A stretch of DNA of 64,000 nucleotides from Caecitellus pseudoparvulus (Eukaryota; Protista; Bigyra: Bicosoecida), in contig CBFFRQ010000069.1 of assembly GCA_965644315.1 (NCBI GenBank), forward strand, positions 744,001 through 808,000. Direction: 5' to 3'. Position numbers and translations under genes: made by a program. The notes beneath the pieces were generated by a model. The model was not told where the DNA came from, searched no databases, and was given only the letters and a program-made list of their open reading frames with translations. Positions 42,053 through 53,978 of the stretch are shown one piece after another; positions within the stretch are counted from its first letter, which is position 1, and every line of letters begins with the position of its first letter.

Positions 42053-45000
42053 TCACTCGCCCTTGAGAAGGCGCTGAAGGGCATCAAAGCCACCCTGAGC
42101 AAGGCCTTCCTGGGAGCTGCGCACCGCCAGTCGGGCGCCGTTGAAGCCCTCCTTGAGCTTCAGCTCCACGAGCATGTCGCCAGCATCACCACCCTCGGGT
42201 GCGAGGGTCTTGGCCGAGGCCAGCATGGTGAGCATGCCGTCCCCCAGCTCCCGCTGGCCAAGCACCTTCACGTTGGCAGCATTCAAGGTACTGCTGACTG
42301 TCGAAGCGTCGGCGGACGCGAGGCCTCGCACGGTGGCCTCGACATTGCTGGCTTCTGCAGCGGCCCACGCCGCTTGGAAGCCACCACCCCCAACGCCGCC
42401 ACCGGGCACCAAGATCGCCTCCACACGCAGGGGGACCTTAAAGATGAACTGCACGCGGGAGGTGTTGTCTCGCAGGGCGACGTCCAGTGTCGCTGACAGC
42501 GGGAAGCCGGTGGCGCGCTCAGCTTTCGGGACAAGGTCAACGAGCACCGAGCCGCTCGCGCCCGAGGCCACACCGCCGAAAGAAGCGGTGGGCAGGCTGG
42601 GCGACAGGCCAAAGGTGTTCTTGTTGACAGCAACGGCCACCTTGTCAACGGAGGAGCTTTGCGTGTTGTGGATGCCAATGGCCAGGGTGGCGCCGGTGCC
42701 AACGCTGCCTGGGACGATGCCGGCGTGGATGCGCAGGCCGTTGGCGTCGCTAACCACGGGCATGGTGAGCGGGTCCACGGCACCAGGGGCTGCAGGTGGC
42801 GAGGCAGCGGCGGAGCCGCCGACAGAAGCTGTGGGGGCGCCCATGATGCCCAGAATGTCATCGTCATCCTCCTCAGCAGCTGCAGCACCGCCCCCGCTCG
42901 GCGAGCCGCCGTCTTCTTCGTAGTACAGCTCTTCCTCGTCGTCATCCTCTTCTTCCTCAAACGTGCCTGCATCCCGGCGCTTCACGAAGGAGTCAGGCGG
43001 CTTGTGGAAGACACTGGCCAAGGAGGACAGGTTGGAGATGAGCTCGCCCAGCAGCTCCCTCCCGAAGACGTTCGTGTCATCGTGGATGACGGGCTTCTCA
43101 GCCAACACGACTGCCTTGGCGGCATCCCGATCAGCGGTCAGGAGGCGCCAGTAGATGTACCCACGGTCGCGCAGGTCTGGGTTGTCAGACTCCTCGGCTG
43201 CCATGGCAAGGACTGCTTCGACCAAATCCTCTGCCTCGGGGTTGACGAGGAACAGCTTCACGACGGCGGTGAGCAGGGCCAGCTGCACCTGCGCCGGCTC
43301 GTCGTGGAAGCCATCCACGAACGCATCCAGCAAGTCATCAGCGTTCTCAATGCGAGCAGCGTACTCGCCAATGATCCAAATCATGCTGGCCTTGGCTTCT
43401 GGCTCATCCAGGCTCTCCAAGTTGTCACAAAGGGCGGAGATGACAGCCTCATACCGGTTGGGGTACTTGCGGAAGATGTCCTTGATGACGACGATGGCCT
43501 CCTGCACGACGTAGTTCACCTTGGTGTCAATGAGCGTCAGCAGCACCTGCAGGCACTTCTCAGCTGCCTTCTCCAGCTTAATGGCGCAGCGGCCGATGGT
43601 GCGGACTGCGCGGCGCACGTACTCCACGTCAACCTGCGTGGCGTACTCTTTCAGCTCTGACAGGACGTTCTCCACGTTGCGGTCGTTGACCAGCTGCACG
43701 AGGATCTCCAACTTCTCCATCTTCACGTAGATGGGGTCGTTGTACTTGCAGAAGAAGACCTTGATCTTGTTCGTGAGCAGGAAGGGCTCCTTCTGCACGA
43801 CCAGGCTGATGTTGCGCAGCGCGACGTACTGGATCTCAGGCTGCGGGCTCTGAGCCAGGGTGACCAAGGGGGGCGCCAGCTTGCGGCGGTAGGAAGCCAA
43901 GGCTTCCTCCCCACCGATGCTCTCCATGTACAGCAGCACGATCTTGACGGCGCTGAGCACGACGGCGGAGTTCTGGTGAGCCAGGCGGGGCAGCACGCGC
44001 TCAATGATGGTCTCAGCCTCGCGAGCATCTGCAGGCGTGTACAGCTGCGCGAGGGCATCGAGGATGTAAACTTGCCCCCACTCTGTGCACTCGTTCAGGG
44101 CAGCCAGCAGCTTCTGCAGGGTAGTGGGCGGGATGTCGAAGATGGTGTGGCTTGGGTAACTCAGCTGAATCTCGCTGAGCGCTGCCACAGCGTTTGCCAC
44201 CACTGTGGGGTTGGGGTCATTCAGCAGCTCTTGCAGCAAGGTGAGGAAGCCGTGGTCCCGGACGAGAGAAGGGGAGATGTCGTGCAGCTTGGCAACACAG
44301 ATGGCTGCGGTCTTGCGCACGTAGGGGTCCTCATCCGACAGTGCCTTCTTCAGTGGCCCGTCCAGGTACTCGGTGATGCGCTCGACACGGATGCACCCCA
44401 TGGTTCGCACGGCCAGAGCGCGGATGAGGGGGTTGTGGTGGGAAGCGTCCTGCGCAGAGGCGCCTCCAGTGCTCCTTGCACTCGCGCCTTCGTCGTCTGG
44501 CCGCGAAGCACACACTCACCGTCACGAAGGCATTCACAGCCAAGATGGCCAAGTCAGGATTGCTCTTGGCGTAGTTGATCAGGTACAGGTACACGAGTTT
44601 CTTGACCTCCAGGTTGTCTGGAGTTTCAGGCGCAAGCGTGGCGTTTCGCCGTGAACCTTGTGCTGATGCCTGGCGGAGACGCACCCATCTTAATGCAGTT
44701 CAGGACATCCATGAATACCCCCGACATGTCCTTTCCGACTGTCAGTCCGGCAATCACCTGTGGCCGCATCGAAGCGTACAACGTGTTGGTGCAGCGCGAA
44801 GGGCCGTGAGGCAGCGTCAATACCGCTCCAGCCACCCAAGCCCGGTGAGCCCGGGGCCACCGTGCAGGGACCAGGGGCATCACTGACCTTTTTCACGGCG
44901 TCCTTCTTGACATGGAGGTCGGTGGAGGCCAGCTCCGCCTTGAGCTCCCCAACTTCCCCTGCATGAGGCAAGTGGCGTGGTGGTGGAGACGCCGTGCAGG

Positions 45001-45122
45001 GGCGGGCTGCCGGCTGGCCACGGCGGCGCTCAGCGTTCGCACTCACCCTTCTTCGAGCTGCTGAAGAACTTCGCATCAGAGCCTGCCTTGCTGGCCTTTC
45101 GGCGGCCGAACAGGGCCTGCAT
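42053..45122 (-). CDS. AP-1/AP-2 adaptor complex beta subunit (beta-adaptin)
   Basis: Spliced N-terminus: [12 protein letters not shown]|[16 protein letters not shown]|[12 protein letters not shown]..|[32 protein letters not shown]. Then [65 protein letters not shown], an acidic hinge and an ear domain. Confidence 0.95.
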
Positions 45123-45410
45123 TGCTCCCTTGTGCAGCGGAGGCAGAAGCACAGCACCAGCGCGAGGCGTGCAAGGGCGCCTGGCGTCCGCCTGAAGTGT
45201 CCCTCAGCTGCAAGCAGCGGCAGGTTCAGGCAAAGCACTGGGTTGGTCAACGGATGAATGGCGTGCATTCCTGTGTTTGTGTGGAAAGTGCTCCTTGAGG
45301 GTGGGCTGCCTGCAGCCGACTCAGACTCGGCCTGCATAGCAAATTCGGACGTCTCAACGAGACTGCGCTTTTGCTCAGTCGGCGCTCCTAATAGACTTGA
45401 CGGATATGTC

Positions 45411-47063
45411 ATGGCGTCTCGCTCCTCCGTGCCCCGTCCGGGAGGTGTGCAATCGGGCAAGCGTGGTGGTTCACCTGCGCCCAGCGTGACCGGGCCGGCC
45501 TGGGCTCCAGCTGCGCTCTACTCAGCGCTGGGAATCACCTGTGTTGGTATCGGGTATGGGATTTACAAGATGATGCAGGCAAGTGTGCAGCGCGCAAGTC
45601 CTGAGGCACACACAGAGAGTCCTCGCGCGTGCGGCACGAGGTGCCCAGCGACTGTGCGCGAAACGCTGGCAAGAAACGTTGTTGGCGAGGGCACCCCGAG
45701 CCGGGCAGTGATGCAGGCGCCACCTGAAGCTGCGCGAGTCTTCAAATCGATCAAGGGTGATGTTGGAGACCGCTTCCGACTTGTGGGCTTCCTTGGCCAA
45801 GGCCTGACCAGCTTCGTATTTCTCGTGCAGGAATCGGTGCCGGGCGTTGGCAGTGCAACTCGTGCGTTGAAGGTGATTCCGAAGGCCGGCAGGGCACAGG
45901 AGGGTGATCACCTGCTTGAGCTGGTTCGTCAAGAGACTGCAGTGCTCAGCAGCTTGAATCACCGCCACGTCATCAAAGTGTATGACTGGTTGGAGACGCC
46001 TGCACACATCGTCATCGTCATGGAGCATGCTGCAGGCGGGGAGCTATATGACAGCATAGTTGAGCACCAGAAGACAGGAGGATACACCGAAGAAACTGTT
46101 CGGCGTGTGTTGCAGCAGGTCATAGCAGCGGTGCAGTATGTACACGCCCACGGAGTGTTGCACCGGGACATCAAGCCGGAGAACATCCTCCTTACAACCA
46201 CAAACTTGGAGCGCGCCGACGTGAAGCTGTGCGACTTTGGCCTGGCCAAACTGTTCACGCGGGCCTTGGAGCGGAGCTCTGGGGTGGATGAGGGCGCCAT
46301 CCCTCCGCCCCTCGCGCCTGCGAAGGCGCCCTTGACCCGGGCCAGCACGATGTGTGGCAGTGAGAACTACGTCGCGCCGGAGGTATCCACAGGTGCTTAC
46401 GGCAAGGAATGTGACCTGTTCAGTGTCGGGGTTGTGGCCTTTGCCATGCTGAGTGGCAGCTTGCCCGATGATGATGACATCCTCGAAGCGTCGGGCATCC
46501 AGGGGGGAGCCACAGACGTCCACTACAGGCAGTGGTGTGTTGGTCGCCAGCCCCACCCCCTGCCGGAGCCTTCCCAGCACCTCGCACAAGTCAGTGGTGT
46601 GCAACGTGAGGGGAGCTCGCGATGTGTGATGGATGTGCCGCCCTTCCGCCCGGAGGCACTCTTTGAGCGTGAGGCGCGATGGGATGCGGTGTCTCCTGGG
46701 GCAAAGGATCTCGTCGCTCGATTGCTGCGAGTGGACCCCCGCTGGCGCATCACTGCTCAAGAGGCGTTGGAGCATGCCTGGCTTGCGGCCGAGTCCTGGG
46801 CAGAGGCGGCCGCGAGTGGATCACGTCGAAGCAGGCATGGCATCTCGCGCCAGCGCAAATCCCCCGCCTTGAGTCCCGCCCTGAGCCCCTCTCTGGCGTC
46901 AAGGGGAGGAGGCAGCGGCGCAGCTGCACCGCCCCCTCTGTCTTTGGGCGACGGTGCACTCAAGCCCGGGGCACCTTCATCTCCTGCCACGCTGAGCTTC
47001 CCTAACGGCGCCATTACAGAGCACGTAGCTGTGCGCAGGATCCCGCAGACGCCTGCGACTTAG
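45411..47063 (+). CDS. CAMK-group Ser/Thr protein kinase with an N-terminal hydrophobic anchor
   Basis: LGQGLTSFV, RALKVIPK, alphaC Glu, IVMEHAAGGELYD, VLHRDIKPENIL, VKLCDFGLA, CGSENYVAPE, DLFSVGV and WDAVSPGAKDLVARLLRVDP..RITAQEALEHAW. The start is uncertain (45258 or 45411). Confidence 0.9.
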   Translation: MASRSSVPRPGGVQSGKRGGSPAPSVTGPAWAPAALYSALGITCVGIGYGIYKMMQASVQRASPEAHTESPRACGTRCPATVRETLARNVVGEGTPSRAVMQAPPEAARVFKSIKGDVGDRFRLVGFLGQGLTSFVFLVQESVPGVGSATRALKVIPKAGRAQEGDHLLELVRQETAVLSSLNHRHVIKVYDWLETPAHIVIVMEHAAGGELYDSIVEHQKTGGYTEETVRRVLQQVIAAVQYVHAHGVLHRDIKPENILLTTTNLERADVKLCDFGLAKLFTRALERSSGVDEGAIPPPLAPAKAPLTRASTMCGSENYVAPEVSTGAYGKECDLFSVGVVAFAMLSGSLPDDDDILEASGIQGGATDVHYRQWCVGRQPHPLPEPSQHLAQVSGVQREGSSRCVMDVPPFRPEALFEREARWDAVSPGAKDLVARLLRVDPRWRITAQEALEHAWLAAESWAEAAASGSRRSRHGISRQRKSPALSPALSPSLASRGGGSGAAAPPPLSLGDGALKPGAPSSPATLSFPNGAITEHVAVRRIPQTPAT

Positions 47064-47073
47064 TACAACCGCT

Positions 47074-49390
47074 TCATTCGTGCATTGCATGTGTTGCATG
47101 GGGCTTGACAGGGCCCAACGTGGCCCTCACCTCGGCGATGGCCGCCGAGGCATCCCGGATGGCGAGGGCCACCTCCCTTGGCTTGGCAGGGCTGTCTGCA
47201 GCACTGTGCCTTGCTGGTGGGGGCGCATGCAGCTGGAGGCTAGTGGGTGGTGCCTGTGTCGGCTTCGGGGGAGACCGCGTCGTGGGGTGCCATGACTGAA
47301 CGGCCTCGCGTGCCTGGTTTTGGCGGGAGCGCACCGCCGCGTCGGCGGCGAAGGCAGCTGCCGTGGACTGCCGAGTGGCGCCACCGCTCCCGCTCTGTTG
47401 CGCTGGCGGGCGAGCCTCCGTGCTCAAATTCGGTCCCCAGCTGGCACTCCACGGTGCTGCCTCCGGCCGCAGGGGTGCACCCTGCCCAGCGTACGGGTGG
47501 CGCAGTGCTGGTCTGACGTAGCCCTGTGCAGGGTTGTACCCAGCCACACGGGGCACAGAGTCACCCCCTTGGTTTGGTGAGTGCTCACGCTGTCGATGCT
47601 GCTGGTGAGGTGAGGGGAGCATGAAGTGGTGCTGAGGGGACCTACTCTGTGTGGAGTTGGGGGGGGCAGGGCGGGCAGAAGGCGGAGGGGGAGTGAATGC
47701 AGCATGCGATGGAGCCCCCGCTGGCTTTGTGGCGCTTTCATGCGCTGGGGGTGAACCGCCTGTCGGTCGGCCGCGGGCGCCGTCGGAATCCACGCTCCCT
47801 TGCTCTGAGTGAGAGGTTGGGCTGGGCGCCGCTTTGGAGGTTGCCAGCACGTCCACTTGGCGCTCCAGGTCCTGGAGGTGGCGCGCTGAGCGGGACGTGG
47901 ACACATCCAGCTGGCCCTGCAACTCAAGTGCTCGCCGGGTGCTCTCAGCCAGGCGCATACGGAGGTCTGCGATGACCGCCGCATCCCTGGAGTACCCTTC
48001 ATGAGTTCGAGGGGGTGACACGCCTGGCATGGGCGCTAGCGCTGCCTTCGTGGCCTCTGTAGGCACGATGGCAGTTTCTGTACCTTTTCCGGGGGATGGG
48101 CTGTTTCCTCCCTGCACGGGCCGCTTGCCAGGCTGGTGCTTTGTAGTGCCCTCCCAAGGCTTCCGGGACTCCTCCCACACTGCCACGGCGGCCTCCGCAG
48201 CCGAGGCACGACCCTGTGCCGCCTGCACCTCAACTTTCGCAGCAGAGAGCGCCTGTGCCAGTTCTTGGCGTTGCTCATCCAGCCCTTCAGCCCGCTTGGT
48301 GGCGGCAGCAGTGGCTTCCTTCTCCGCTGCCAGGGCTGCTTGAAGCTCGCTGGCTTTTTCTCGCGCCGCAGCGAGCTCTGCTCTGCACGTGGCCAGGGCA
48401 AGCTCACTCTCGTTGCGGGCTGCAGTTTCCCTGGCTGCCTCAGCCTTGGCCTCTTTGATATCTGCCTGCAGTCCCCGCAGCTTCGTCGCCAGCTCAGCTA
48501 CTTTCTTGGCCGCCATCTCTCGGGAGGCTGAGTCCGAGCCGAGCTTGCGCTGTGCCGCCAGGACTTCCTCATGGGCTTCCTGAGCTTCAGCCCGTGCTCG
48601 AGCAGTGGCCTTCTCAGCAGTGGCAGCAGCGGCCTGGGCGGCAGCCGTGTCGGCGCGGGACACGGCTGCTTCATGGTGAGACGCTTGCGCAGCTGCGCGG
48701 GCCTCATCCGCTTCCTCTCGAGCAGCTTGAACTCGGGCGCGCTCCGTTTCGAGCTGCGACTGCAAGTCATGAATGCTCTGCTCCTGCTCTGAGATGGTGC
48801 GCTGGTGCTCCCGAGTGAGTTCGTCCGCCACATCATGCATGGCGGCCAGAATGTGAGTGGACGCAGCAATGTCATCCCCTGCATCGGTCGGGGTTTCCAC
48901 GCCCAACTCTCGGAGAGTGTAGCTGCACTTTGCCCGACTTGCAAGGAAAGCTCTGAGCACAGACCCTGCGTTCTCGCTCGCCAACGCCAGCTCTTCCTGT
49001 GGCATGGGGCAAGGACAGGTGCTAGCCGTCGCCGCGACGCTGCACACCACGCCAGGCAGGACCTACCTCCCAAGCTGCTGGGACACCCTTGGAGGCGACT
49101 AGCTCCTCCAGTTTCGCAATGTAGTGCTTCAGTCCACGTGTGGCTTGAAGGGAGCACGTGGCGTGCGCGTTGTACGTGGCGAGAACCAAGCGCAGCAGCC
49201 CTGGCGTGCTGAGTGGCGCAGCTGCACTGGCCCGGGACAGATCCAGCGTGTCCTGCTGCGCAACAGGGGACGCCTCGCCATCCCATCCGCCGCCCTCATC
49301 GCTATCATCCCTGGCATGGATGTGGCTGAGATACGCAGGGTCCACGGCGCCTTCCCAAGCAGGTGGCGTGGACCGGTGTCGGCCTGCCAT
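47074..49390 (-). CDS. Hypothetical long coiled-coil protein with a Pro/Ser-rich tail
   Basis: An exon MAGRHRSTPP..AAWE splices GTAGGT..CACAG (49066-48997) into a 658-codon ORF with an extended A/E/K/Q heptad pattern. Confidence 0.65.
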
Positions 49391-49537
49391 GGTCTTTCGC
49401 GAAGTGGTCAGGGTGTTTGGCCGAGGCGACCTCACCGTGCAGCGACGCAGCTGCCACTAGGAAAGGATCAGCAAGCCTGCATTACATGGGGGGCTTCAAA
49501 GGTGTATGTTTGTGTTCAATGATGGCAAATGCCGCCG

Positions 49538-51646
49538 TCAAGCTTGCTCAGCCGTAGCCACGCGATTGAAGGCCTGCACCCACTGCTCCATGGCCTCCTG
49601 CGTGCCAGCTTGCAAGTACATCTCCCGCCCACCAGCCGCCACCATGAAGCGTGCTGGCTTCTGAGGCTTGGGCTGGGCCATCGCGCTGGCGAAGTTGGCC
49701 AGAGGCATGCATCCCTTGGGTGCCGCACTTGGCAGCCTGTTGGGGTCTTCCTTGAAGTACGTGAGGCATGGCTCTTCTACGCCAGGGTGGGGCAGCTTCC
49801 CCTCACACGGAACGCTAAGCACACAATACCGCCGCTTCCAGGTCTTGCGCAAGCGGCCCCGTTTGAACAGCCAGCCATGCAGCACCACCTTCGCCTGTCT
49901 CGGAGAGGGTGGGGAGGAGCCGTGAAAGGGCCTGCCGGCAGGAGGGGCGCGCGTCCTAATAAACTCACGAGAGTTTGTGCCCACTGTGCACATTTCAATG
50001 GGTCTGTAGATGGCACTGCCATGCTCCGACTGGCTCCCCGTGCGACGATGGAGCTGAGGGTGCCTTCTGAGACAGCCGAGTCGGCTCGGCCATGTGGCGA
50101 GCCGCCTGGGCTGTCAGTGCCCGACGCCTTTGCGAGCTTCAGGAACGCCATTTTTGGGCTTTTGAATGGTGGCAACGCAGAAGTCTCCAGGGCCTTCCAT
50201 GGGATGCGCTCTGGCAAGCTGCTTGGACTGAGCCACGCATGCTTCTGCGGTTTGCGGTGAGGTGTGAAGGTCTCAGCCTGCGGCTGAAGAGGGGGCGCAA
50301 TGCACGCACCAGAAGACCCCGCATGGATGGGCGCTCGCCATCAGCCTTTGTCAGGCCTGCACGGAAAAATGCGTAGGCGCCGTCCGACATGCAGGGTGGC
50401 TTGGGCGGTAGCGGGTCGTGCTCGATGGCAGCGAAGAGGTCCATTGGGTTGGATGCCGAGGCCCCGAAGGGCACTTGCCCCGTGAGAAGCGTCCACAGAG
50501 TCACACACAGCGCCCATACGTCTGCTTTGTATCCGTCAAAGGCGGGGGCTGTGAGGGCGTCAAGTGGGGGTGTTGCGGCACTCCGCCTCCGCTGCACCAG
50601 GGGTGCTGGACGCACCGGAACACTCAGCAGAGCTCAAGAACTGAAATGTGCCCTCAGTGCCCCGCAACCTGCACTGCAGGTCGTCTGGGTCCGGTTCCAG
50701 GGCTGCTACATGGGCGGCGATGCGCGCCTCAGCGGCAGCGATGTCCCCTCCTCCTTCCACGGTCTCAGCGACTGTGTCCAATGCTTGGGCCATGGCTTGG
50801 GCAGCTTTGACGGCCGTCGCATCATGAGCGACCCCCCAGTCACCGACCTTCACCACGCCCTCCGCGCTGACGAAGAGGTTGTCAGGTTTGATGTCCCGGT
50901 GCACGATGTGCAGCTCGTGGGCGTGCGCGAGGCCCCGCGCAGCGTCCCTGCCAATCTGCTGCACCAGAGGCTCGGGGAGAGTCCCGCCTGTCAAGGCGCT
51001 GATAAAGCGATGAGCGTCCTCATCATACTCCATCACCACTCCGCCCGACACGAATTCCAGCACTGCAAGCGCGGGGCGATGCAGAGGTGCCATGCAAGCC
51101 CGGGCGAAACGCCCACGCAACGCACCGTAGTACAAATCGTCGCTGCCAGGGGCGTCAATCGCCCCCAGCAAGCAGACTAGATTCTCATGCTTGCCTAGAC
51201 GGCTCATGATAGAGAATTCAGACTCAACCTTGTCCAGGGCAGTTGTTACAGTCATGCCACCCGAGGTGCTGTCGCGGTGGACATCTCGCTTGCGCGACAG
51301 CTGGCTCTTTGAGAAGCACTTGACTGCCTGCATGACAGTTGGCGGGCAGGAGAGGCGTGTTGCGGCACATGTGCGCTGCATGCACCTGCTCCGCGGCACT
51401 AACGACGGGAGAGACTCCCTGCTGAGCCTCAGCCAATGCTACAGTCGCGAAGGCGCCCTTGCCGAGGTGCCGCGCAAAAGTCAGCCCGTTGATCTGCAGC
51501 TGGCCTGAGCTAGAAAGCTGCTCCTGCTGGTGGTCCTGCACAAAGGGAATGCTGATCCTGCCGGCCTCCCCTTCGCCAGAGGCTTGCTCGGCGACGTGGC
51601 TTGACAGGCCTTCAGCGCCTCCAGCTGGCCCAGCCGCAGCGGCCAT
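49538..51646 (-). CDS. CAMKK/GRIK/Elm1-like protein kinase with a C-terminal PH domain (multi-exon)
   Basis: LGKGAFATVALA, AVKCFSKSQLSRKR..TALDKVESEFSIM, HENLVCL..IDAPGSDDLY, VHRDIKPDNL, VKVGDWGVA, GTEGTFQF and FDGYKADVWALCVTL. In-frame splices lead to VVLHGWLFKRGRLRKTWKRRYCVL...YLQAGTQEAMEQWVQAF (PH domain). Confidence 0.8.
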
Positions 51647-52235
51647 GTGCGCTTTGAAGCATGCGTGGCGCCCCTGCTCAGCTGCTTTGCAGTCACTGGG
51701 CAGCACAAGGGAAGCATGCGATGGAGTACAGACAAAGGCTCAAGGTTGGGTAAGAAGGCCCGCATCGCTGTGTCTGGGTGGTGGGGCAGGTTTGACGCAA
51801 GCGTGCTTTTTGCCTACACCTGCCCTGCTCCGAGTGCTGACGTTGGGCGCGGCTCATGCCACGCAATAAAAACCGTGCGATGGCAATGCTGCCGTCCAGG
51901 CAAGCGCAGAACACTCGCTCCAAAGCGAGGCCATGTGTCTGAGTGCGTCGTCCTGCCCAAGCCTGGGCGCCTGCACCGCAGCCCCAACGTGCGTGCAAGG
52001 CACGAACCAGCACACCGCGCCTGCATCTCGGCGGAGGTTGCCAAGCACCACTGTGTGCTGCCAAGAGGTAGGGGGTATCAAAGTTCCACTTGCCTGACCC
52101 GAAGTCATCCAGAACACGCTCTCATCGGAGGTGAAAGGCCTTGTGACAAGTGGGTGTGTTTCCAGGTCACGCTGCGACCTTTCGTGAACGACACACGCAG
52201 CCCTCTGAGTCAGGGGCTTGGGCGCAAGCGCGACC

Positions 52236-53978
52236 ATGTCAACTGAATCCAGCTCCACTTCAGAGTCATACACAACATCTGACTCCAGCGACTACTCTGA
52301 CGATGAGTTTGAGACGCCGGACGATGAGGGTGGGCTCGCAGAGCCTGGCCCCACCACCCGCCCAGGCGCCGCGGAACGACAAGGGATGTCGAGGAACGCC
52401 CTCCCACAGCCACAGAGCGCTTCGGTTCAGGCAGAGGATGATGAAGTCGACGCTCGCGTCGTCGGCACTGGCGATAGTCTGACCATTGCAGCGTGGGACG
52501 CCGGCGACGCAGAGGGCATGGGGGACTCCCTGCCTTGCGGCATCCAGCCCGAGCCGCGCCCAGGGGGCAGCTTCCGCAGCCTGGGCAGCGCAAGCACCCC
52601 ACGGCGCAGGGGAGAGCTGGAAGAGCGCAAGCACATGGCGTTCATAAAGGCACTGTCCAGCATGAGCCTGCGCTCTGGCGCAGCAGCGCCGCCTGGGATG
52701 CGCACCCCCGCAGCGGAGGGAGCCGACGACAGCCCCTCGGAGGACGGACACCGGCGGTCACCACGCCGCAGGCGTCGGCGCCGCCGAAAACCAAGGACCA
52801 AGGCACAATTGGCAGGCGGCAGCGCTCGCCCAGCGTCTGCGCTGCCAGCTCTGCAGCGCCACGAGAAGGCGGGGGGGGCGCCGCACCCTCCTCGGCGCCT
52901 GCCAGAGCGAAACGTGCCTTCCCACAAGCCAGGAACTCTGCCCGCGTACGTCGCGGCGCGGAAGGAACAGCTTGGCATGCCTGCCCCTGATGATGGCGGG
53001 GACGTGTCGGACACACCCCTGCCGAAAGGCAAGGTGGCTTCCCGGGTGGACGCCCGTTGGCGCCGTGAACTCATTCCCTTCGGTTCTGAGACGGGAGATG
53101 CCCTGCGCAAGTGGCTGGACCGCACGCAAGGCGAAGCTAAGCGCCGGGGTCGGAGGGAGCGCTTGCAACGCCAGTGCACGGCGCACAGCCAGCGCATGTA
53201 CGACAAGCTCCTGCGAATGTCGGAGGAAGCAGATGACGAAGAGGGTGCGCCCCATGCAGCGGACACGGCAGGCTCCGACGTTGTCTGGGCACATGACCGC
53301 CATGGCTTGCCTTCTCCTGGACCTAATGCCTACCATGCTGAGCGGGAGGGTGCTGACAGAGCGGCAACCGCACAAGCCTTCCCCTGGCAGGGCCACTCCC
53401 AGGGTCGTGGCCGAACCCGGCCACACAGCGCCTCGGCAGCGAGCACTCATCTTCGAGGACGAGGTGGCGGCCACGCCTTTAACCACAGGGCACCACATGC
53501 ATCCAGGCAGGCACCAAGGCAAACGGCACGCCCGTCCACTGCTGTAGCACCTCGACGGGGGGGTCACCTGCCCTCCTCCACACCCGGCGCTGCCCCGTCT
53601 CGCTCCAACCAGGAGAGCAAAGCGCAGGGTGACTCAACTCTCCCGCGTGGTGTGGCTGAGAAGCTTCCCTCCTTGGCGCCCACCGCACCGCAGCTTGTCA
53701 GCGCCCGGCGCCCGCCCCTAAACCCAGACCTGGACCCGGCGGTCTGTGCGTCCGCACCGTCGGACCCCATGCAGCAGCCAGCCAAACCGCCCAAGCCGCT
53801 GCCCAAGAGCAGGCATGCGCTGCAGATGAAGCTAGACAGCATGCTCCAAGATAAACAGGGGCTGCCCCATCCCCTGCAGCCCAAGCGGCCGCCTTGTGAG
53901 GAGGCTGGACGCAGCGCCGTACAGGCGAGTCGAAGGCGGCCACGCCGCAAGGGGCGCAAACTGAAGGCAAGGAGGTAG
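52236..53978 (+). CDS. Hypothetical disordered protein with an acidic N-terminus and Arg-rich NLS-like tracts
   Basis: An ORF of about 580 codons from the ATG at 52236. No family motif recognised. Confidence 0.55.
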   Translation: MSTESSSTSESYTTSDSSDYSDDEFETPDDEGGLAEPGPTTRPGAAERQGMSRNALPQPQSASVQAEDDEVDARVVGTGDSLTIAAWDAGDAEGMGDSLPCGIQPEPRPGGSFRSLGSASTPRRRGELEERKHMAFIKALSSMSLRSGAAAPPGMRTPAAEGADDSPSEDGHRRSPRRRRRRRRKPRTKAQLAGGSARPASALPALQRHEKAGGAPHPPRRLPERNVPSHKPGTLPAYVAARKEQLGMPAPDDGGDVSDTPLPKGKVASRVDARWRRELIPFGSETGDALRKWLDRTQGEAKRRGRRERLQRQCTAHSQRMYDKLLRMSEEADDEEGAPHAADTAGSDVVWAHDRHGLPSPGPNAYHAEREGADRAATAQAFPWQGHSQGRGRTRPHSASAASTHLRGRGGGHAFNHRAPHASRQAPRQTARPSTAVAPRRGGHLPSSTPGAAPSRSNQESKAQGDSTLPRGVAEKLPSLAPTAPQLVSARRPPLNPDLDPAVCASAPSDPMQQPAKPPKPLPKSRHALQMKLDSMLQDKQGLPHPLQPKRPPCEEAGRSAVQASRRRPRRKGRKLKARR

